NCBI GenBank assembly: GCA_051294375.1
Contig: CM119270.1
Span: forward strand, 7,554,197-7,618,196
Direction: 5' to 3'
Length of the DNA stretch: 64,000 bases
From: Paraspadella gotoi
Lineage: Eukaryota > Animalia > Chaetognatha
Shown here: one piece after another, positions 52,111 through 64,000 of the stretch
Numbering within the stretch: position 1 is the first letter of the stretch
How the letters are laid out: the number at the start of each line of letters is the position of its first letter
The notes under the pieces: generated by a model
What the model was told of the DNA's origin: nothing
The model's input: only the letters and a program-made list of their open reading frames with translations
The model's database searches: none
Program-made: the position numbers and the translations under genes

Positions 52111-55100
52111 AAGGAAAAGGAAAGGAAAGCGCTAAAAGTCTTTCGTCCCCCAAAACCTATTCGTTCTTTTCTCTTCGCCATTTTTCACTTTTGTTTTTCT
52201 ATTTACTTTTCAGGTTTGGAGAGCGAGACACTCAGAGCCTCGATCCCGTTGCCGTTATCGTTGTGGTCGCCGTCGGTGTCACTGTTTGACAATGTCGTTT
52301 TTCGATGTTGACACTGTCGTTTTCTTGGTCATTGTCATGTTTGAATAATAATGTCGTCGCTTCTGTATAAGAATTTTCGTCATTGACTCAAAATTTATAG
52401 AGAAATTCTGGATCTTAATCCTTACGGCCCCATGATTTCGGTGGGGGTCAAAGTCGTTGTTCGTCCTAATGGTCGTCTTTTTTGTCATCCTCATCTTCTT
52501 TGTCATCGTTGTTATTTTCTTTTTAAAGTCCTTGTCATCGTAGTAGACATAATCATCTTTGTCGTCTTCGTCAACGCCGTCGTCGTCGTCGTCGTCGCGA
52601 ACTTCGCACCATTAAACCCACTGAGACTCTTTCCGTTAAAAACTCGATTAATTCTGAAAAAAAAGGGGAAAAAATTGGGAGAAAATAGTAAAAAAATTAA
52701 AGAAAAAAAAACTGGGAAATATGGAAATAAAAAAAAAACAGATAAAAGAAAGAAAGAAAAACGAATAAAATAGAGAGAAAACAGAGAGAGAAAACAGAGA
52801 TGAAAAAAGGTTTTTCGTTATTTTTCGTCCATTCTTTCACGTCGGAAAGAATATTAGATTTCAATGTTCGAAGAATGAAAAAAAGGAGAGGAAGAGAGAG
52901 GGAGTAGAGAGAGAGAGAGGAGAGAGAAGAGAAGAGATCGAGAGAGAGAAGAGAGAGAGAGAGTGCCGAGTAATAGTAAAGAAAAGACTTAAAGAAAGAA
53001 AGATAAAGCAAGTTAGTGGAGTTTTGGAATCGCGATAAAATCCATGACATTGGGTTAAAGGGGAGATGTATCGACCACTTTGTGTTTCGCATGAGGAAAA
53101 AGGAAACGAGCGGATATTTTTCTTTTGTTTTTTTTCTCGTCTTTTTTTAGATTATAAACTACATTTTTAAACCTAATCGGGACTTCAAAGACGATTTTAT
53201 TGTTCTTATCATTACGTCAAGGTAGTATTCAAGGGTTTACAATAAAGCATAAAGATGAGTGACATATAGGAAAATTTACTGTTTCTTAGAGCTAGTTGCC
53301 GAGGAACTGAAAAATACGTCCGTTTTCGCCTACTTTTTCCTTTTTTTTTTTTTTTTTTTTGTTTTTTTTTTTTTTTCGAGACAAAACGAGTAAGGTAATA
53401 GATGAATCTCAAAATTGATTAGATTCCGGGATAAGATTTAAAGCTTAATATAGAAGAGGAAAATCATAAAACCTATGCATAGGACACAACGAAAATCACA
53501 ACTGAGNNNNNNNNNNNNNNNNNNNNNNNNNGATCTCTCTCTCCTCTCTCTCTCTCTCTCTCTTCTCTTCTCTCTCTCTACCATTTTCCATTGACGGAAG
53601 GAACAGAACAAGGGGATAAAAAAATCTCAAAAAGATTATGCTTTTTTTTTTCCTATGTCATAATGACAAATATCGAAAAGAATGGGCGTTAATGTAAAAA
53701 AAGACAAGGAAAAGAACAGAGAGAGGAAAGAAAGGAAAATAAAAAAAAAAAACGGAAGAAAGGAAAAAAGTCGTGCCTCAGCATTTTTTTTTAGAATTGA
53801 GAGGGCGTGAGTGGCATGGGGATGGGAAGGGTCGGAGGGGGCGATGAAAGCGTCGGTTAGAGTCTGCCCAAAAAAAGCTTTCAACTTCCTTTTATGATCC
53901 ATTTTGCGCTATTCCAAATCAAAGAAGGAAAAAATGAGATAAAAAAAAAAGGACGGCCTGACCCTCTCTCTCTCTCTCTCTCTGTATCAATCTCGCTTCC
54001 TATCTCTCTCTCTTCTTTCTCTCTCTCTCTCTCTCTCTTCTCTCATCCTCCTCTCTCTCTCCTCTCTCTCTCTCTCTTCTCTCTCTCTCTCCTCTCCTTC
54101 ACTTCTTCTGGCGCTTTTTCTTCTCACGCCTTTTTTAATTCGCTCGCGCGCTTTTTATACTCCTTATTATATTATACGCGTTGAACATGGAAACGAAAAT
54201 GTACTGAGACACGTTTTTTCCTGGTTGACCGTTGATCATGTCTTGTCTGTCTACAATCCGGATAAGAAAAACATATTTCTTAGAATTTAGGGAAAAACCA
54301 GAAACATTATTTCGAAAAGAGGTTTCGGTTTCTTTTTTTGTTCTCAATCACTCATCTTTCGGACAGCTGAAATGATCCAGTAAAGAAAAAGAGAAGAAGA
54401 GAAAATGAGAGAGAAAAGGGGGAAGAAATGACGGTTCGATGCCCCAAAAAATAATAAAGGGAATTAAGAAAATCACCATTCACAGTATTTTTGAAACGCA
54501 ACTGGATTCAGCATGCTCGCTCTACATTTGCCTTCTGCTTCGGTTCTTTAGAAGTTAGATCTCTTTTTTTTTTTTACATTTAGGTTTACATTACATATTT
54601 TTTTTACTCTAGACTTCGACAGTCGACACCACATATCACCCTTCTCTCCTATTGGAAAGGCCACCATCGGTTTTGGTATTTCGATTCGACAGAAAGAAAT
54701 TCGCAAAAACTCGGAAGACTTGATGATATTAATGGAATATTGAATTAATACGTTGAAGAATAATGATATACCTGAATTGTCACGTGAATAAGAATATCCC
54801 TGTCCGACTCCTTAAATTTACGACGAATTTAAAGAAGTGCAAGGTCTCATTTAATACATATTACTTCGGGTAAACATCATTGACACGGTTTCTGAATTTT
54901 CCATTCTTGGACTTAGCTATAGCTTTTAATATGTTTGTTCAAAACCTTAAAGTATTGTAGCATCGTATTTCTTATTCTACAATTTTAATCCGCTTTTATT
55001 TCTTCCTTCCTCTCCCTTTTTACCCTCTTCTTTTCCTCCTTTTTCTCCCAAACTACCTCCTTCCTGCTTTCCTCCTCCGCCCCCCCAATTCCCAGCAGAT

Positions 55101-57462
55101 ACAGAACATCCGTCACCGGGATTCAACTTCGTCAGTCGCTTCCCCGTCGTCATTCGTCGAGTACGCGTCGTCTTTCAGTCGTCGCTATTGTCGTCGTCCG
55201 TCGCCATGATTATGTTCGAATGGATTTTTTTTTTTTCCTCCATTATATATTTCCCGGAGAGAGAGAGAGAGAGACGGCTGGGCTGACGTGCAGTAGAGTG
55301 GAACGTGAGGAGAAGGAGACGGACGGAGAGAGAGAGACGAGAGAAGATCGGTGACGAGAAGAGAGAGATTGACGGAGATGAGAGACGATGAGAGCAGAGA
55401 CGGCGTTATCTGCTTTACGTTGACAGCTTTTAATTGCTTTTGCAGTAATAATCACGTCTCTTCCCTTCTGAAGGAAACGTCCAAAGGTCATTTCCGTGAC
55501 GACTGTTGATTATTTTTCCTGCTTTGACAAACTCCCATAAGTCGCCGTTACCTAGTGCAGCCGACGAGTCACAGCTCTCGCATTGGTACGTCTATTTCGG
55601 CACAGTTTAAGTGCATTTAACTTAGATTCCCTTTTAATACTAAATATGTTAGTCGGTAAGGCCATAGTGCGATTAAGTGGCCCACCCCGAGCCTTCCTAT
55701 AAGCATGACGATCTGTCAGTACCTGGTGACTCGGTGGCCACTCCGTCACGCGAAAATAGCCAACCCTTCCTCTATCTGAGATAGCAAGTCGTGCCCGAAC
55801 TAGGGTTTAGGATAACCGATATCTATACCCACCAAATGCATCCCCACCAAGGGCGTTGTAACACCCGGTTTGGATAACTTGTAATCCGCACGCTTAGCCC
55901 CAAATCCTGCTACACAGTAACTGGAACAAATTATTTCATCAGATTTCGTAAACTTCTTCTTATAGATCGCCCAGACGTTGCACAATCACTTACATAGTCA
56001 AATCCCCCAGATTCGTCCACCCAATAACGCCCCTACTTATGAAGCGTGAGGCATGGACGCAATCCGCATTGGGGTGCGTGAAAAAAACCTAACAGGCCTT
56101 CTCGACTAACACCCAGGGTTCCAATGCTCCTACGACAACCGTTTTCTCCACGGTCTGCGATTCGCCATACGCGGAAATGCACATATTATCTTCCATCCTC
56201 TTCAAATACTACAACCTCGAGCTACACATTGTAATATCCTCTGCTCGTGCCTCTCTCTCATAATTTCCTCATCTTAACATAAATTTCGCAATACTTGTAC
56301 AAAACTAAACGATCATTTGAAATGCCGCACGTCCGTCGACAGTTTAACTAGTTAATATATCAAGGTGCGTCAACCGGTATCAATCTCTAATTCCAGGTCT
56401 ACTAACACGGAACAACCAGCTGTGCACAGTATTTATTTGACATACATTAACGTGTGATTGGCGCTTGCACATTTAATTTCTTTTCGGTTGAATCATGTGT
56501 AACACGACAAAATTCCTTATATTGTACTGCATAAACTACCTCATTGTCTTCAAAACTACTGCTAATTCAATTTTTAAAAAGTTATTTCCTTTATTTCTTT
56601 TAAAGGAAATTTCTATCGCGGATGCGCGCGGGAGTGATTGGAATGCAGGTTCAGTCTCGACGCAGGCCACTGTTATCAGTGCACGCCTAGTTACCGGGAT
56701 ACTGCGGTGTATAGAGATGCACCCGGCGCATTTCAGCGTGATAAAACACGTATGTTTGTCCGCGACAAACCTCACGGCTGTTTCATTTGTGTACTTGAAT
56801 TGAATTTTTTTTTTTATTTTGATTTTGTATTTATCTTATTTCTTTTTATTCCTCTTTAGTTAAATATCAATGTACAAAAAAAGCTGGTCTGTTAGTTCGA
56901 GTGTGTGTCAGTTAAAATTTGGGGTTGTTTTTTTTTTTTCATTCCTAAAAAACTAGAAACGGAAATTAAAAAAAAAAGGAATATAAAAGAATATATAAAT
57001 CCAAGAGCTCTTTTCCAAAACATTTTAAAAAATCTGCGTGTCCATACGCGTCAAATCAAATTAAATCAAATGAATTCTCTTCGCTTTTGAAGGGACAAAC
57101 GCGATTTCCTGCCACAAAAACCTCAATCGCCATTATTTAAAAAGATGGTTTTACTAAATCACCCATGAAGGGTGGACTAAATCTTTTTTCAGAGACCACA
57201 GTCTTCCAGGTCACCGCAGACCCCTTAAGCCTTAAGCCCTTTAAGCTTAAAGCCCTTAAGCCCTTTAAGCCCCAACTCTATCCTTATTACCCGCGAATGC
57301 CCGATCTTCCGATTCCTCCCAACAAAAACCGCTTCTTTTCGCGTCCTACGCCGCAGGCTCAATCCTCCCGTTTTTCCGTTTCAGGGTGACATTGATCCTC
57401 ACAATTATCTTAACCTTAAAAAATCTCCTTATTAAGCCCTCTCTCTCTCTCTCCTCTCTCTC

Positions 57463-57526
<64 letters not shown>

Positions 57527-60500
57527 CTCTTCTTCTCTCTGTCTCGACTTATCGCTCTCTTCCAAATTCCCCTTTATTCCAAACATCTCCTTCCGATCTA
57601 ATCCAATCGGCCTAGATCGACAATACAGCAGAAATCTTCTCCCGGTAACCGTCAATTATGTTTCTGTGCTCTTCGGCAACCGCACAACAACATACAACAC
57701 AAAATCAAAAAAATCCTTTTTGTCGGTCGTCAACGATGTCATTTCGTCTTTTTTTTTTTTTTTTATTTTACAAATTTCTTCATTTCCCCTTTTGCATTCG
57801 ATGCGCGTTTCGAAAGCGTTTTACCTGTAGGTATTTTTTCCTCTTTCCTCTCGCTTTTAATCTCTAATTATTACGCCTTGAAGACGGGAATAAGTTCTTA
57901 CTTTTTCCAGTCTCCGCTCCTTACCCAAGATCACTTTCTCCCTGAACTACAACACTAGTATTCACAAGAGCTTCTGAGTTGCAGATTGATATTCTCCCGA
58001 AAAGCAAATTGTATCAATCTAACTTTACGAAGGCAACCACAAGCAACTATATAAAGGTCTTTCGTGCAAGAAATCAGGCAAATTAAAACGTAGAGAGAGG
58101 GAAAAGAGAGAGAGAGAAGGGAGATCGAGGGGGAGAAGAGGAGAATAATCATGGAATACTGACACATGAGAGACGAGAGATCGAGAGAGAGATGAGAGAG
58201 ATAAGGACGAGATACGGGCAGATATGACCATAACGATGTCAAGAGACAAGCCTACTTCTTCAATTAAACTCGCTCAAGGCACAATAACCAGACTAACCTG
58301 TGATGTGTTGGCATTAATGCGATCATATCTAACGGGTACCTGGCGGTCAATCTGCCCCAGTAACTGCATGAGTGAAGCGGGCGCACGCATTCCAAATGGT
58401 TAACCCACAATTGGCCCAGATTAATGGGTGGAAAATTCTCTTAAGACGGAGTAAATCTGGCTTTCGCCTTCCGAGATGTCTCCAGCGGGAAAACGAGGAC
58501 GAGTCGGTCGCCCTACATGATCATAAGGTGGGGAACGTCTGTCTTGGCGGGTTTGATCGTGGTTTGGAGCCCCGCTAGTGGCTGGCCGAGTCGGTCGGAG
58601 TGGTGACAGTGGGTGGAGGTGGAGGAGGTCGAGTGGGGAGTGATGGAGGAGAATGGGGAGACTATTAAGCGGTGGCCATGATGTTGGTTTTGTGAATGGT
58701 GATGTTTAAGAGTTTTACATTGCGTGATTTTTAACAGTTTTCGTTCGCTCCCTGATTTGAAAACTGCGTGGTTCGTCGGTATGCCGTTCGTCGTCGTCGT
58801 GTCGGTCTTCGTCCGTTGCGTTTCAGTCTTCCCATCGCCAGTGGGTGAGTTGGTTGACGCCGCCATTTTTTTTCGATACTTGCTGCCCGGAGTGGTTTTG
58901 GCGCGGGTTTTTGTTGTGGAGGAGGGAATCGGGAAAAAAGAGGGGCGTTTGGTGGTCCGAGACGGGCGATTTCGGGAAAAGGAAGAAAATTTTGTCCCGT
59001 TGTTTCTCGTTTGTTGTTGGATGTTTACTTCCATCTGTTTTGAGGCGTCGGTCGGCCAGGAAGAGAGAGAGAGAGACGACGAGGAGGACGAGGATTAAGA
59101 GAGCAAGAGGAATGAGATGATGAGATGCATGACAGAGAGATGGGTCTCGGCAGAGAACGGTTCGGATGAGCGAGATTCTATGCTGAGAGAGAAGAGAAGA
59201 GAGAGGAGCAGAACACAACAAAAAAGCAAAAGCAAGAAAAAACTGCAAAAGCGACAGTAGAAACTGCGAAAAAAAATAAAAAACCAGGGGTTGAGAAAAA
59301 AAAAAGTTCTAACAGAAAAATAACGTTAAAGAGAAAACCACAAAAAAAATGGAGTTAGAAAAGGAAGAAAAAAATGTTTGGCAAGACAGAGAAAAAAAGG
59401 AAAAACAAAAGGGGGAAAACAACAAATAGCAGAGTGAAAGAATAGAGAAACAGGAAAACGGAAGGTTACGAAAAAAAAATAGCACGAGAGAAGAAAAAAA
59501 AACTATGGAGACCAAAGAAAGAAAGAGGTGATAAACGATAAAGAGCGGAGGAATTGGGAAAAGAAAAAAGAAAAATAAATGAAAGAAAAGGATTAACGCA
59601 TAAAATAATAAGAGAAAAAGAGAGAAAGAACAAAGAAATAGGAAGGAGACTCAAAAAAAAGTGGTAAAACGAAGGAAGAAAAGAGAGAACATGGAATAAC
59701 CAGAAAGAACAGAAAAGAAAAATGAGGAAAAAGAAAGAAATGCGGAATGACAGAAAGAAAATAAGAGAAGAAAGAAAGAGAAAAGCGAGAACCGCTGAGA
59801 TATAAGGGAAGAAGGAAATGGAAAGAAGGGGAATAGGCAAAAGAGAGGAAAGCTGCTAAAAAGTCATTTGTCGTCCCCACAAGAAACCTATTTCGTCTCT
59901 TTTCTCTTCGCCATTTTTTCACTTTTTTTTTTCTATTTTTACTTTGTCAAGGTTTGGAGAGAGCGAGACAACTCAGAGCCTCGATCGCCGTTGCCGTTAT
60001 CGTTGTGTCGCCGTCGGTGTCACTGTTTTGGACGATGTTCGTTTTTCGATTGTTGACACTGTCGTTATCTTTGTCATTGTGTTCATGTTTGAATACATAA
60101 TGTCCTCGCGTTCTGTATAAGACATTTTCCGTTCATTGGACTCAAAGAATTTATAGAGAAATTCTGGAACTTCTTAATCCTTGTAGCGGCCCCATTGATT
60201 TCGGCTGCGCGGCGGTTCAAAAGTTCGTTGTTATGAGTCCTAATGGCTCGTCTTTTGTGTGCGCATCCGTCATGCCTTCTTTGTGCTGTTCTGCTTCGTA
60301 TATTTCTTTATTTATAACAGGTCAGCTCGTCATTCTCCGTAGATTATATCATAAATCATTCGTTTTTCCTCTTCTTCGTTGGAAACGCCCCACATAAAGG
60401 AACTCTATTATTTATATTATTCCCGATAACTTATCTTGTTAGGTAAATTTCATCCATAATAAATTTCTTTTAAAACATAACCACTTGATTTGTAGTCTTA

Positions 60501-61499
60501 TGGCTAAAACCATAAATGCGCATTCTCTCTACGTTGCCGGACTTAGAAGGCAAGAGAGCAGTAAGAAAGAAAAAAATAAAAAGAACGAAAAAAAGAAAGC
60601 CATCCAAAAAACGAATTCCCACCCTAATTATAAGAAAACTATAAAATTAACAAGGCATACCCGGGAAGGAGACAGGACAAGAAGCCGAGTGAAATGATAA
60701 AAACAGCACCAGTAATTTCCCTGAACAAATTCGACGCGTTGAAAGAGCTCACATGATTTGGTAGTAGCCCCCGTCCTATTAGTCCTCAAAAATGGTTTTT
60801 ATAGGGAGAGGTTACGAACATACGCTGTCTACTAATTATTAGCTTTCAGGAACAACCAAAATAAGTCAATCTTTTTGTTCATATCTGTGAAGCATTCACA
60901 CAGAATTACCTAAATCGCACAATCTTCGACTGAACTGTTCTCAGAAATTGCTTGGTTCGCTTTTAATGAATCAAAAGTTGCAACAGCTTAACATACTTGT
61001 CAGACTCCAGACAATTACCATGCATTTAGAAAGTTCCTGAATACCCTACAGAAGTTTATGTGCAAATTAGTGGAGAGAAAAACGAATATTCACTAAATAA
61101 AACATTATCCCCGAATGCTCTGATGAATTTCACCGCACAGATTTTTGCGTAAGTAACCACTTTCCTGTTTAAAAAATTCAAACAATTTTTTGAGAAATAG
61201 CGTGTTTTCACCAGCATACTATAAATTATCTAAATCAAATAATGTTATTTAAATAACTTAATACTCCAAATTTATTGTATTGGTATAAATAAAGGTCTAA
61301 AATTTTATTACAAAAACTATATAAATTTATATAATTATTATTTTTTTTAAGCCCAAATCGTCCCTGACCAAATTATAAAATTTATAAGAAATATATATTT
61401 TTTAACAATAATGATACTCTTAAGTAATAGATTTAAATAATAAAATATCCTTAAGCCTAACATATATTGCCACAATTAAAGGTTTGCCAAATATAGATG

Positions 61500-63050
61500 C
61501 AAAAAGAAAAGTAAAGCATATTAAAAAAACGCGATTTAAGACCTTTATAGACATCAAGCTCCATCCAAAGGCACCCTATCCCTATAACCATCTCTCCACC
61601 AACATAAAAAACCTTAGCTCAGGCCTTTTTAATTCATATTTGACAAAGCATTCAACAAGCCCCTAATGCTAACTATGTCCCAAGGACCAAAGATAGTACA
61701 AAGCTAAGCAAGCAAATTACAAAATTGTCCTAAGTTGCTATGATTAAGTTGCAAATTTTGACCAGAACTCAAAAAAAGATAAGAAGAGAGCTATGTAAAG
61801 GGGTTAAGCGGGGGTAACGTGATTAGAGGAAAGGAAATATAAAGATTAAAAGATAGCTCTTATAATGTGCCAGAGCAGGGAATGTCTAGAGATTGAGGCT
61901 CAGAGGTAACCTCAGCTTGAAGTGATGTTTGTGGCAGTCCTTCTAAGTGTTGCGGGTTAGGGTTCTGGCGATAATATAAAACAGTGGGCCTAGAGTTTAG
62001 GAATTGGATATTAAGAGGGAATGTGGCTCTCTGCCAATGAGTTACCAGCCAGGGAAGTGAAATGTAAGAATTGGACTCAGGACTGTGTTTTGTGGGGGTC
62101 CAGTAGGAGTACACTAGCTTGTTAGGTTAGGGTGAAAGTGTAGCTTTGCTCGGTTAAGATATAGTAATTGGGGTGAGAACCAAAGAAGTTCACGTATAAG
62201 CGGATTAGCGGCATAGGTTAGACGTAATAGATAATCCCAAGCTTGGTTTGTTTGGGCCCCTTTAAAGGGTCTCAGGGATTGGAGAGGTTGAGGAGGCAAC
62301 TTTGAGCTAGAAACCTCAATAGGCCAAGTCGACCTTCCATCTTATCGACTACTTTATTTTTGCCTTCACTGCGTAAACTTTTTTTAGAGTAACAGTCGTA
62401 TATATCCTTGGGTTTAAGATCTAAAGAATCTTAAAATCCCTTTGACAGTTCTATTTGTTTAACCAGGATAGATAAAATTTTATTAAAAATTAAGCTGGAA
62501 GTAGTTGAATTAGGGCCCAATTTGCTTAAAAAAATTCATTGAATTTTTAACTTGAAGCGCTTTTGAAATAATCATTATTTTATAAAACCTAAATTTATAA
62601 ACCAAAAAAAAAATAGATTAAGTGGTGATTGCTGTTAAACCTCTATTTTTGATGTATATCTAAGTATTTGTCTGGTCTGAACAAACAGCCTATTTTTTCA
62701 AAATCCTGAACCTTAAACAACCGGAAGTTGTTTCGACGCTAAACTTAGCGTTGGAAAATCACATAATGTAGCGTCCAGAATATAAATTTTTTATTTGCAT
62801 GATTTTCTTTTTCTCCACAATTGGCACCAAGAAAACTTTTGCAGGGGTATCAGCACACTTTCGATAATAGTATGCGTGAGGAGTGTAGCAAGGCGACTGT
62901 CACAAGATCTTCTTCCCTCCGCATTATGCACTTCCTTCTCTCTCGTTTCCCTCGACGGCTTCGGACGCAAGCCACGAGATCTTTTCCATTCTAGTTTCAC
63001 TTCCCACTTATCTCTCTCTTCCCGATTAAAGACCCATATTTCACGTTTCA
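61500..63050 (-). mobile_element. Decayed non-LTR retrotransposon (Jockey/I-group-like): ORF1 zinc-knuckle remnant, ORF2 post-RT remnant and 3' UTR
   Basis: Minus-strand PHAYYYRKC...ANCGEKENHA (62881-62796). Then KVVDKMEGRLGLLRFLA (62355-62305), LTYA...LNRA and YWTPT, a stop at ~61860 and a pyrimidine-rich trailer. Frameshifted; assignment from remembered motifs. Confidence 0.55.
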
Positions 63051-64000
63051 CCTCCTGTAATTACTTTATTAATTGGGTAGTTGCGTTTTTAATCATTACA
63101 TACGCTTCTCCCACTACTTCTCAGGTGGTTTACTTATAGCCCAGAGTCTTGATTTCCAGTATAATATTTGACAATGTTCATTTAATACCTTGGTTAGGGT
63201 CAATGTTAATTATAATTAATAAGATATTCGTAGCAGGGAATTCAAGTTCTATTGAGATATATTCTAACTCCATGAAGAAAATAGAAAGAAAAAAAAAGTA
63301 GAGTGATAATGATTATGAGAGAGAAGTCGAAGATGACAGAACGGACCTAGATACGATAAGAAGAAGAGAAGAGAAGCCAGAGACGAGAACCAGACGAGAG
63401 ACGAAAAAAGGAGAAAGAGAGGAGAGAGAGAGAGTAGTCCGATAAAAAAGAAAGAAAGAAAGAAAGAAAGAAAAGAGTTAGTGAGTTTTGATTGCGAATC
63501 CATGGATTTGGTTAAAGGGGTGATCGACCCTTTGTCGAGTGAGGAAAAGGAAACGAGCGATATTTTCTTTTGTTTTTTTCTCGTTTTTTTTTAGTTATAT
63601 TAACATTTTTAAACTAATCGGACATTCAAACGATTTTTTCTCTTCGTCAAATATTCAACCATAAACAAAAGAGTGACAATAACAATTCTAAAAAATATCG
63701 CTTTTTCCACTTTTCCTTTTTTTTTTTCGAGACAACGAGTAAGGTAATAAATGAAATCCCACAATGATTAATTCCGGATTAATTAACTTAATAGTAGAGA
63801 GGAACAACCTACCATAGGACAACGAAAAATCAACTGAGGTGGCGAGGTAGTGATCTTTTTTTTTTATATTGGAGAGGTGCAGGGGAAGGGGGGCAAAACA
63901 AAAGGCTATTCATTCCATGAGATTAACGAAATACGCGGCATTTAAACCGGGGAGCTGATTGAACAAAGCGCATTAAGTCGTTTGCCCTCACGGATTTATT

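Larger units (their letters stand above)
44011..63837 (+). other. Large redundant block: 44011-47488 = 53533-58090; 49378-49823 = 51010-51390 = 58378-58980; 51390-53506 = 58980-63837 (with an insertion)
   Basis: Continuous collinear matches (e.g. gcatgctcgctctacatttgccttctgcttcg at 44941 and 54511) with dense indels. 25-N gaps at 49345, 49824 and 53507. Confidence 0.9.

Noticed and set aside
56614-56742. ~130-bp insertion relative to ~46361 (likewise ~55745-56030) as a mobile element
   Set aside because: No TIR, tail or convincing TSD. It lies in the noisiest copy and fits a low-quality read burst.

Overview
This is eukaryotic (invertebrate animal-like), AT-rich, microsatellite-dense, mostly intronic/intergenic DNA from a draft assembly. 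Much of the window is redundant. Segments recur as indel-ridden copies next to gaps of exactly 25 N, the pattern expected from gap filling with uncorrected long reads. Nearly all ORFs in the supplied track are artefacts of N runs or simple repeats. Supportable signals: (1) a canonical minimal hammerhead ribozyme of the Penelope type (~10075-10128), sitting inside a decayed hATm-like transposase; (2) short minus-strand exons with clean splice sites, one encoding a DUF7042-like Cys/Trp motif (38016-38122); (3) Helentron/DINE-like non-autonomous elements with internal satellites; (4) two tRNA-derived SINE families, one in an inverted cluster; (5) a decayed LINE and a probable solo LTR, each present in only one of the redundant copies; (6) a CTCF-like motif and a possible recursive splice site. 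I found no CRISPR array, rRNA, intact tRNA gene or complete gene, and nothing I can support as a new biological system. Family assignments come from remembered motifs, not database searches.
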